64,000 nucleotides of DNA from Steroidobacteraceae bacterium (GTDB lineage: Bacteria > Pseudomonadota > Gammaproteobacteria > Steroidobacterales > Steroidobacteraceae). Location of the stretch: the NCBI GenBank assembly GCA_035525785.1, contig DATLDQ010000033.1:37484-101483 (forward strand), written 5' to 3'. Position numbers and translations under genes: made by a program. How positions within the stretch are numbered: the first letter of the stretch is position 1; every line of letters begins with the position of its first letter. This document shows, piece after piece, positions 56,506 to 64,000 of this stretch. The notes below the pieces were generated by a model. That model made no database searches. It was not told the origin of the DNA and worked only from the letters and a program-made list of their open reading frames with translations.

Positions 56506-58938
56506 TTAGAAAGCCTGGCCGACCGAGAACTGGAATTTTTCCACTTCGTCGGGATAGGTGTTGATATCACCCTTGTATGCATTCAGCGGCACGGCGTAGC
56601 TGAATCGGAAGACACCCAACGGTGCGAGCCACTGCACCGCGAGGCCCGTCGAGTGTTTCAATTTATCATACTCGAAGCCGTACTCGACCGGCTGACCGGA
56701 CCGCCCTACGAAGTTGTAACGATTGCCGGTCGAAAACACGTTGCCCATGTCGTAGAACCATGACAGGCGCGCCGAGGTTTCGAACTTCTGGGGCAGCGGA
56801 ATGAGCACTTCCGCCCGGCCCGTCACCTTCAGGTTGCCGCCGAACGGCCGGCCGAAGTCGTCCTTGGGGCCCAGGCGGCTCTCGCGATAGCCGCGCACAC
56901 TCTCCGGACCGCCGACATAGAACTGCCGGTACGGCGGCAGCGCGGTGGTATCCCCGATGTCCATACCGTAGGAGACGTCCGCGCCCAACTGCAGGGTGAA
57001 GCGGCCGAACAGCGGCACGTACTTGATGAACTCGTAGTTGGCGACGAAGTACTCGACGTCGCTGATGCCGGGCACCGTATAGGCGAACCCCAGGGAATGG
57101 CGTTGGCCGCGGTCCGCGAAGAGCGAACGGTTGCGGCTGTCGTAATTCCAGGAGGCGTTGAGCTCCACGGAGTTGTACTCGGTGCCGAACAGGCCGAGGT
57201 CGATGCCCGGGTTGTAGGCGCCGTTGTTGTTGTAGTCGAGGAAGTTGAAGGTGGGGTTGCCATTCGAGGCCACCCACTCGATGGCCTGCCGGGCGCTGCC
57301 GCCGGAAGTCGTGAGCAGGCTCGACTTCTGGAACGAGAGGCCGAGGCGCAGACCCTGGTCTTCGCTGATCGGGATGCCGAAATCGACGCCCGCGCCGATG
57401 GTCTCGGACGAGAAGTCCGAAGAGGCGGAGACGAACTGCGTCTGGTCACGATATGACAGGTTGGTGCTGAGACCGATACCGTCCGGCGTGAAATACGGCT
57501 CGGTGACCGAGAGCCCGTACACCTTGCTGTATCGGCCGCGATTCAGATCGATCGCAACGCGCCGGCCCGTGCCCAGGAAGTTCGCGTCGGCGTAGTTGCC
57601 GGACAGGATGAAGGACTGCGATTCGGAGTAGCCGATGCCGCCGCCGAGCTGCGCCGATGGGCCCTCCTCGATCTCGTACTCCACGTCGACCAGGTCTGCG
57701 GACCCCGACACCGGCTTGGTCTCGGATTCCACCTTCTTGATGTAGGGCAGACGCTCGAGACGCTGCTTCGAGCGGTCGAGCGCCGTGCTCGAGAGCCAGC
57801 CGCCTTCGAGCTGGCGCACTTCGCGGCGCAATACCTCGTCGTTGATCTTGGTGACGCCGTTGAAGGCGATGTGGCGCACGTAGACGCGGTTGCCCGGGTC
57901 GACGAAGAATGTGAGCGACAGCTCCTTGTTCTTGGGGTCGCCGAGCGTCGTGGGCACCGGGTCGACCTTCGCGAAGGCGAAGCCGTCTTCGCCGAGGCGG
58001 TTCTGCAGCAGTTCCTGCGTGGCGGTGATCACCTTGCGCGAGAAGGTGTCGCCGGGCTGCACGAGTACATAGCGGCGCAGCAGCGGCTCGGGCACGACGA
58101 AGGTGCCGGCCAGCTTCACTTCCTTGACCTTGAAGACCTCGCCCTCGTTCACGTTGACCGTGATGAAGATGTCGTCCTTCTCGGGCGCAATCGCCACCTG
58201 CGTGGACTCGACGTCGAAATTCGCATAGCCGCGGTCCATGTAGAACGAGCGCAGCTTCTCAAGGTCACCTTGAAGCGACTCACGAGAATAGCGGTCGTCC
58301 TGCTTGTAGAACGACAGCAGGTTCGGCGTCTTGAGCTCGAAGGTCTCGAGGATGTCCTTTTCCTTGAACGTCTTGTTGCCGACGATGTTGATCTGCCGGA
58401 TCTTGGCGCGCTTGCCTTCGACGATGTCGATCTTGATCTTGACGCGGTTGCCGGCGACTTCCTCGACGTTGGCGTCGATCTTCGCGGCGTACTTGCCGCG
58501 CGAGCCGTACTGGTCCTTGAGGAACGAGGTCACCTCTTCCAGCACCGACCTGTCGAAGGTCTTGCCCTGGGCGAGGCCCACGTTCTTCAGCGACTTGTTG
58601 AGGTCCTCGGTCTTGATCTCTTTGTTGCCCTTGATCTCGAAGCTCTCGATGGTCGGGCGCTCGTTGACGACCACGATCAGCGTGCTGCCCTCGCGGCGCA
58701 GTTCCACGTCGCGGAAGAAGCCCGTGTCGTACAGCGCGCGCACCGCCTCGCGGATGCGCTGCAGCGAAAGCTGATCGCCGATGTTGATCGGTAGATAGTT
58801 GTAGACGGTGCCCTCGGTGACGCGCTGGAGGCCTTCCACGCGGATGTCGCCGACGACGAAGGGGCCTTCCTGGGCATGCAGGGTTCCGGCCAGCACCATC
58901 CCGCCGGCGGCAAAAAGAGTCGCGAACCTCGTCGTCAA
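56506..58938 (-). CDS. bamA: outer membrane protein assembly factor BamA
   Basis: Five POTRA-like repeats (IRVEGLQRV...) plus a C-terminal beta-barrel ending FQFSVGQAF. Confidence 0.96.
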   Translation of the reverse strand: MTTRFATLFAAGGMVLAGTLHAQEGPFVVGDIRVEGLQRVTEGTVYNYLPINIGDQLSLQRIREAVRALYDTGFFRDVELRREGSTLIVVVNERPTIESFEIKGNKEIKTEDLNKSLKNVGLAQGKTFDRSVLEEVTSFLKDQYGSRGKYAAKIDANVEEVAGNRVKIKIDIVEGKRAKIRQINIVGNKTFKEKDILETFELKTPNLLSFYKQDDRYSRESLQGDLEKLRSFYMDRGYANFDVESTQVAIAPEKDDIFITVNVNEGEVFKVKEVKLAGTFVVPEPLLRRYVLVQPGDTFSRKVITATQELLQNRLGEDGFAFAKVDPVPTTLGDPKNKELSLTFFVDPGNRVYVRHIAFNGVTKINDEVLRREVRQLEGGWLSSTALDRSKQRLERLPYIKKVESETKPVSGSADLVDVEYEIEEGPSAQLGGGIGYSESQSFILSGNYADANFLGTGRRVAIDLNRGRYSKVYGLSVTEPYFTPDGIGLSTNLSYRDQTQFVSASSDFSSETIGAGVDFGIPISEDQGLRLGLSFQKSSLLTTSGGSARQAIEWVASNGNPTFNFLDYNNNGAYNPGIDLGLFGTEYNSVELNASWNYDSRNRSLFADRGQRHSLGFAYTVPGISDVEYFVANYEFIKYVPLFGRFTLQLGADVSYGMDIGDTTALPPYRQFYVGGPESVRGYRESRLGPKDDFGRPFGGNLKVTGRAEVLIPLPQKFETSARLSWFYDMGNVFSTGNRYNFVGRSGQPVEYGFEYDKLKHSTGLAVQWLAPLGVFRFSYAVPLNAYKGDINTYPDEVEKFQFSVGQAF

Positions 58939-58960
58939 GTTGATCCCCTGGTTTGTTTCT

Positions 58961-60358
58961 TTATTTGCCCGCGCCCGGGAACAGGTACGTGCTCAGGTCA
59001 TTGAACAATGCCACACCCATGAGCAGCACGATGGCGAGCAGCCCGGCATTCTGGCTGAGCATCTGGGCGCGTTCCGAGAGCGGCCGGCCGCGGATCCACT
59101 CCGCGGCCTGGAATACGATCTGCCCGCCATCGAGGATGGGTATGGGCAACAGGTTGAAGAAACCGAGCGACAGCGACAGCAGCACCAGCAGCATCAGGAA
59201 GCTCGCGGGGCCGGCGCTCGCCGACTGGCCCGCCACGTCGGCGATGGTGATGAGACTGGTGAGGTTGTCGGACGAAATGCGCAGCGTGATCATGCGCCAG
59301 AAGAACTTGGCCTGCGCCGCGGTCATCTCCCAGGCCTTGACCGCACCCTCGCTCAGCGAATCGATGGGGCCGGGCTTGCGCTCGACGATGTACTTCTTGG
59401 GCACGTACGGCAGCAGGTCCGTTGGCGACCCGATCTGCAGCTTGCCCACGTCCTTGCCCTCGTCTTTCGCCGACTCGGTGGTGACGCGGTACGTGTGTTC
59501 GCCGTCGCCGCGACGCACGCGCACGGCGATCTCGCGATCGGGGCGTTGGCGCACGTAGTCGGTGAGCGCACCCCAGCTCTTGATGGCGACGCCATCCATC
59601 GAGAGGACGACGTCACCGGCCTTGATGCCCGCGCGATCGGCGGGGCCACCCTTGATGACCTCGAAGATCTTGGCCGGTACTTCCGGCAGCCAGAAATCGA
59701 AGCCCAGGCCCGGCAGCAGCTTGTACGGCTTGGTCAGCTCGAAACGCTGCGCGGGGTCGGCGAGCGGCAGTATCACGTCGCGCTCTGCGCCATTGTCGGC
59801 GGCGACGCGCAGCGTCACGGGACCGTCGCTGCTCACGGCGTCTAACAACTTGAACTGCAGCTCACCCCGGTCGCCGACCGGATCGCCGTTGACGCTGAGG
59901 ATGACGTCGCGCGTATGCAGACCGGCCTCGGCCGCGGGCTTGCCCAGCGTGACGTCGCCGATGACGGGCGCGATCAGGAAAATACCCTTGGCCCAGATCA
60001 TCGCGGCGAGCACGACGATGGCGAAGATGATGTTGGCCGCGGGCCCCGCGAGGAGCACCAGGATGCGCTGCCAGGGCGGACGGCTGGTGAAAGCGCGCGG
60101 CCGGTCGGCGGCCGGCACTTCGCCGTCGCGCTCGTCGAGCATGCGTACGTAGCCGCCCAGCGGGATTGCGGCGATGACGTATTCGATGTGATCCGGGGCA
60201 CGGCCTATGCGCTTGAGCAACGGCTTGCCGAAGCCCACCGAGAACCGCAGGACCTTGAACCCCAGCTTGCGGGCCACCCAGTAGTGGCCGAACTCGTGGA
60301 TCGTCACGAGCAGGCTGATTGCGATGATGCCCCAGAGGACTGTCCAGCCGATTTGCAT
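58961..60358 (-). CDS. rseP: site-2 zinc metalloprotease RseP
   Basis: HEFGHYWVARKLG, two PDZ-like regions, NLLPIPILDGG. ATG 60358 preferred over TTG 60361. One-nt TGATG overlap with the dxr stop. Confidence 0.94.
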   Translation of the reverse strand: MQIGWTVLWGIIAISLLVTIHEFGHYWVARKLGFKVLRFSVGFGKPLLKRIGRAPDHIEYVIAAIPLGGYVRMLDERDGEVPAADRPRAFTSRPPWQRILVLLAGPAANIIFAIVVLAAMIWAKGIFLIAPVIGDVTLGKPAAEAGLHTRDVILSVNGDPVGDRGELQFKLLDAVSSDGPVTLRVAADNGAERDVILPLADPAQRFELTKPYKLLPGLGFDFWLPEVPAKIFEVIKGGPADRAGIKAGDVVLSMDGVAIKSWGALTDYVRQRPDREIAVRVRRGDGEHTYRVTTESAKDEGKDVGKLQIGSPTDLLPYVPKKYIVERKPGPIDSLSEGAVKAWEMTAAQAKFFWRMITLRISSDNLTSLITIADVAGQSASAGPASFLMLLVLLSLSLGFFNLLPIPILDGGQIVFQAAEWIRGRPLSERAQMLSQNAGLLAIVLLMGVALFNDLSTYLFPGAGK

Positions 60359-61542
60359 CAAACCCTCATGAGAGCCGTGGCCCGCGCCCGCGCTTCGGCA
60401 TCGGCCGCCAGCACGTCTTCCAGATCGCGGATTTCGCCACCCGATGTGGTCGCCATCACCGATTCAATGACCGACGGTATTCGCGCAAAGTTCAATCCGC
60501 CCTCGAGAAACGCCGACACGGCCACCTCGTTCGCGGCGTTAAGTGATGCGGGACGCGAACCACCCGCCCGGGCGGCCTCCTGCGCCAGCGCCAGTGCCGG
60601 GAATCGCAGCAGGTCCGGGGCCTCGAAACGCAGCGTTCCCACCTTGATGAGGTCGAGGGATTGTACACCGGAGGTCACGCGCTCCGGCCAGGCGAGCGCA
60701 TGCGCGATGGGCGTGCGCATGTCGGGCGCGCCTAACTGCGCGAGCACCGAGCCGTCCACGTATTCCACCAGCGAATGCACGATGCTCTCGCGGTGGATCA
60801 AGACTTCCACCTGTCGCGGCGCCACGCCGAACAGCAGGCAGGCTTCGATGAACTCGAGCCCCTTGTTCATGAGCGTGGCCGAATCCACCGAGATCTTGCG
60901 GCCCATCACCCAGTTCGGGTGCGCGCAGGCCTCGGCCGGGGTCACGCGATCGAGCCGCGACTTGTCGGTGTCGATGAAGGGCCCACCCGAGGCCGTCAAC
61001 AGAATGCGCCGCACGCCCGCCGGCGCTTCGCCCGGGCGCGTGTTCGGCGGCAGGCACTGGAACACCGCATTGTGTTCGCTGTCGATGGGCAGCAGCGTGG
61101 CGTTCGACTCGCGCACCGTGCGCATGAGCAGCGGGCCCGCCATGACCAGCGATTCCTTGTTGGCTAACAACAATCTCTTGCCGGCGCGCGCCGCGGCGAG
61201 CGTCGACGCCAGCCCCGCGGCGCCAACGATAGCGGCCATCACGCTGTGCACCTCCGGCAGACGGGCGATCTCGGCGAGGGCGTCCGCGCCCGCGATGACC
61301 TGCGTGGGTGCGTTGCGCGCACGCAGCTCCGACTCGAGGCGCGCGGCCGCGGAAGCATCCGCGAGCGCCGCGTACGGCACGGCGAATCGCCGGCATTGCT
61401 CGGCGAGCTTCTCGACATTGCGATGCGCGCCGAGCGCTACCACGCGGAACCGGTCGGGGTGCCGCGCGATCACGTCGAGCGTGCTCTCGCCCACCGACCC
61501 GGTGGAACCGAGGATCGCGACACCCTGCGTGGGCGCGCTCAT
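60358..61542 (-). CDS. dxr: 1-deoxy-D-xylulose 5-phosphate reductoisomerase
   Basis: Track ORF trimmed to ATG 61542: [45 protein letters not shown] overlap with the cdsA stop. Confidence 0.96.
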   Translation of the reverse strand: MSAPTQGVAILGSTGSVGESTLDVIARHPDRFRVVALGAHRNVEKLAEQCRRFAVPYAALADASAAARLESELRARNAPTQVIAGADALAEIARLPEVHSVMAAIVGAAGLASTLAAARAGKRLLLANKESLVMAGPLLMRTVRESNATLLPIDSEHNAVFQCLPPNTRPGEAPAGVRRILLTASGGPFIDTDKSRLDRVTPAEACAHPNWVMGRKISVDSATLMNKGLEFIEACLLFGVAPRQVEVLIHRESIVHSLVEYVDGSVLAQLGAPDMRTPIAHALAWPERVTSGVQSLDLIKVGTLRFEAPDLLRFPALALAQEAARAGGSRPASLNAANEVAVSAFLEGGLNFARIPSVIESVMATTSGGEIRDLEDVLAADAEARARATALMRV

Positions 61543-62345
61543 GCGATCACCTCGAGCCCGATCAGCGCGAACACCAGTGCCGGCGCGGCGGCGGTGACGC
61601 TGTCGATGCGATCGAGCATGCCGCCGTGGCCGGGGAACAGGCTGCCGCTGTCCTTGAGGCCGGCGGCACGCTTCAACAGGCTCTCCGTGAGATCGCCGAC
61701 GATCGAAAGCGCGGCGACGGCAATGCACGTGGTGACGAAGGGCCACACTTCTTTCACGGGCAGCCAGTGAGTCGCCACCCAGGCCACGAAACCCGAGAGC
61801 AGCACGCCACCGATGACGCCTTCCCAGGTCTTTTTCGGCGAGACGCGCGGCGCGAGCGGCACGCGACCCAGCCACCGACCCGCGAAGAACGCGCCGGTGT
61901 CGGCGGCCCAGACCAGCGCGAGCGTGAACAACACCCAATGCGTGCTCTGCGTGCTCACCGTCACGTAGACCAGCGCCAGCCAGCAGGGCACCAGCGACAG
62001 CAAACCGGCTGCACCTGCGCTCACCGCGTTGACGCGCGACGGCGCGAGGCATACCCAGAGGAATGCGATGAACCACCAGGCAACGGCCACCGCCATCACC
62101 GTGGGCACGAAAGTGGCCGACGTGGTGTAGAGGTGGAGGCTGCCGACGAGAGCCAGCGCGACGACCGCGGTGAACCCGACGCGCAGCGGCAACCCACCCT
62201 TGCCGATGAAACCGGCCCACTCCCACGCGCCGATCAGCACCAGGATGGTGAGCAGCCACACGGTGGCCATGGGCGGCAGGCCGAGGAGCACGCCCAGCAG
62301 CACCACCGCCAGCACCACCGCCGTGACCACGCGTTCCTTAAGCAC
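61539..62345 (-). CDS. cdsA: phosphatidate cytidylyltransferase
   Basis: Polytopic protein with C-terminal [31 protein letters not shown] 62345 inferred; overlaps the uppS stop by 8 nt. Confidence 0.92.
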   Translation of the reverse strand: MLKERVVTAVVLAVVLLGVLLGLPPMATVWLLTILVLIGAWEWAGFIGKGGLPLRVGFTAVVALALVGSLHLYTTSATFVPTVMAVAVAWWFIAFLWVCLAPSRVNAVSAGAAGLLSLVPCWLALVYVTVSTQSTHWVLFTLALVWAADTGAFFAGRWLGRVPLAPRVSPKKTWEGVIGGVLLSGFVAWVATHWLPVKEVWPFVTTCIAVAALSIVGDLTESLLKRAAGLKDSGSLFPGHGGMLDRIDSVTAAAPALVFALIGLEVIA

Positions 62346-63117
62346 TGCGGGTGGCCTCGGTGTCGGGCGGGCGGTCGCGCAGCTGCTCGGGTGTGAGCCC
62401 GAAGCGACGCTCGCGCGAAGCAAAAGCGCGCAGCGCGTTCTCGAGATGCGGCTTGTCGAAATCGGGCCACAGCGTCTCGCAGAAGTGCAGCTCGGTGTAC
62501 GCGAGATTCCACAGCAGGAAATTGCTGATGCGGTGATCGCCGCCCGTGCGGATGAAAAGGTCGGGATCGGGCACGCCAGCCAGCGTGAGCTCGCGCGCGA
62601 AACGGTCTTCGGTGATGGCGTCCTGCGGCAGCGCGCCGCTCGCGACCGCGGCGGCCAGTCGCCGCGCGGCCTGCACGATGTCCCAGCGGCCGCCGTAGCT
62701 CACCGCCACGAGCAGCTGCAGGCCGGGATTCGCGGCGGTGAGCTCTTCGGTCGCGGCCATGCGCGCCTGCAGCTTGACGCTGAGCGAGTGCCGGTCGCCG
62801 ATGAAGCGCATGCGCACCTTGTTCTTGTGCAGATCGTCGACCTCGCGATCCATGGCTTCGAGGAAGAGCTGCATGAGGCTCGAGACCTCGATCGAAGGCC
62901 GCTGCCAGTTCTCGCTCGAGAATGCGAACAGCGTGAGCGCCGCGACGCCGCGGCGCGCGCATTCCTCGATGCACATGCGTACCGGCCGGACGCCTTCCTT
63001 GTGGCCGGCGTGGCGCGGCAGGCCGCGGCTCTCGGCCCAGCGTCCGTTGCCGTCCATGATGATGGCGATGTGTTTGGGAATACCCACGGTGAGCTGAAGT
63101 GCGGCGTTGCCGCTCAC
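62338..63117 (-). CDS. uppS: di-trans,poly-cis-undecaprenyl-diphosphate synthase
   Basis: HIAIIMDGNGRWA, FAFSSENWQRP, RTGGDHRISNFLLWNLAYTEL. GTG start overlaps the frr stop. Confidence 0.96.
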   Translation of the reverse strand: MSGNAALQLTVGIPKHIAIIMDGNGRWAESRGLPRHAGHKEGVRPVRMCIEECARRGVAALTLFAFSSENWQRPSIEVSSLMQLFLEAMDREVDDLHKNKVRMRFIGDRHSLSVKLQARMAATEELTAANPGLQLLVAVSYGGRWDIVQAARRLAAAVASGALPQDAITEDRFARELTLAGVPDPDLFIRTGGDHRISNFLLWNLAYTELHFCETLWPDFDKPHLENALRAFASRERRFGLTPEQLRDRPPDTEATRSA

Positions 63118-63671
63118 ACCTGCAGGATTTCTTTTTCCTTGGCGGCGAGCTGCGCGTCGATGTCACCGACGTACTTGTCGGTGAGCTTCTGGATGTCGCC
63201 TTCCGCCTTCTTCTCATCGTCCTGCGTGATGAGCTTTTCCTTGAGCGCTTCCTTCACGTCGGTGATGACATCACGGCGCACGTTGCGCACCGCGACGCGC
63301 GCGTTCTCGGCATCCGCGCGCACCACCTTGATGATGTCCTTGCGCCGCTCCTCGGTGAGCGGCGGCAGCGGCAACCGGATCACGGTGCCCGCGCTGATGG
63401 GGTTGAGGCCGAGCTCGGACTTGTGGATGGCCTTTTCGATGGCCTGGACCATCGACTTCTCCCACGGCGACACGACCAACGTCCGCGCGTCTTCGACGCT
63501 GATGTTGGCCACCTGCTTGAGCGGAGTGTCCGTGCCGTAATAGTCGACCTTGAGATTCTCGATGAGCGAGGGATGCGCGCGACCGGTGCGCAGCTTCTTG
63601 AGGTCGGCCTGGAATGTCTCGACGCACTTGCCCATGCGGGTCATCGCGTCCTTCTTGATGTCGTCTAGCAT
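63114..63671 (-). CDS. frr: ribosome recycling factor
   Basis: Trimmed to ATG 63671: MLDDIKKDAMTRMGKCVETFQADLKKLRTGRAHPSLIENLKVDYYG. 185 aa. Confidence 0.97.
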   Translation of the reverse strand: MLDDIKKDAMTRMGKCVETFQADLKKLRTGRAHPSLIENLKVDYYGTDTPLKQVANISVEDARTLVVSPWEKSMVQAIEKAIHKSELGLNPISAGTVIRLPLPPLTEERRKDIIKVVRADAENARVAVRNVRRDVITDVKEALKEKLITQDDEKKAEGDIQKLTDKYVGDIDAQLAAKEKEILQV

Positions 63672-63696
63672 TGATTCGTCCCTCTGACTGTCTACT

Positions 63697-64000
63697 TCAC
63701 TCGTTGGTGACGACGGTGCCGATGTCCTCGCCGCGCACCACGCGCGGCAGATCGCCGGCATTGTTGAGATTGAACACCTGCAGCGGCATGCTGTTGTCGC
63801 GGCACATCACGATGGCCGTGGCGTCCATGACATTGAGGCGGTCCTGCAGCACCTTGTCGTAGGTGAGCCGCGCGTAACGCTTGGCCGCCGGGTTCTTCAT
63901 CGGATCCGAATCGTAGATGCCGTTGACCTTGGTGGCCTTGAGCAGCACCTCGGCCTCGATCTCCACCGCGCGCAGCGCCGCGGCACTGTCGGTGGTGAAG
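63697..64000 (-). CDS. pyrH: UMP kinase, C-terminal part (gene runs off the right edge)
   Basis: The reading frame is open to the window edge: FTTDSAAALRAVEIEAEVLLKATKVNGIYDSDP...VVRGEDIGTVVTNE. Confidence 0.93.
   Translation of the reverse strand, partial: FTTDSAAALRAVEIEAEVLLKATKVNGIYDSDPMKNPAAKRYARLTYDKVLQDRLNVMDATAIVMCRDNSMPLQVFNLNNAGDLPRVVRGEDIGTVVTNE

Overview
High-GC chromosomal window with Pseudomonas/Xanthomonas-like gammaproteobacterial synteny. It is almost entirely housekeeping, and about 65 of roughly 72 genes lie on the minus strand. Minus-strand blocks, listed by descending coordinate: (1) pyrH-frr-uppS-cdsA-dxr-rseP-bamA-skp-lpxD-fabZ-lpxA-lpxB-rnhB; (2) dnaE-accA-tilS-pyrG ... 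kdsA-eno ... ftsB-ispD-ispF-truD ... surE-pcm; (3) recJ-GNAT-prfB (programmed +1 frameshift)-lysS-murI; (4) a DUF2339/DUF3999 membrane pair; (5) a succinate dehydrogenase operon, DUF1674-sdhCDAB-sdhE-ygfX-like; (6) rpoE-rseA-rseB-glutaredoxin-like, lepA-lepB-DUF4845-rnc-era-recO-pdxJ. Many junctions are 4-nt ATGA/GTGA start/stop overlaps. I found no transposase, integrase, phage gene, CRISPR array, tRNA or rRNA. The accessory material sits in breaks of the conserved order. These breaks hold a Phd/PIN toxin-antitoxin pair with an M16 peptidase, a VOC protein, a degenerate Nudix protein and a small secreted protein (between ftsB and eno); an FMN reductase with a secreted TIMP/NTR-like protein (between pyrG and kdsA); and a GGDEF-EAL sensor preceded by a truncated-hemoglobin fragment (between rnhB and dnaE). 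Non-coding oddities are a stop-codon-anchored GGGGAC repeat family at three sites, a 163-bp element with 28-bp terminal inverted repeats in a low-GC convergent spacer, and a 28-bp tandem repeat that duplicates a gene's stop region. No clear new multi-gene system is demonstrable from sequence alone. The best leads are the TIMP-like protein, the DUF2339/DUF3999 pair, the SDH assembly-factor operon, the globin fragment next to the GGDEF-EAL gene, and the GGGGAC cassettes. All family assignments come from reading motifs by eye and from memory, not from searches.
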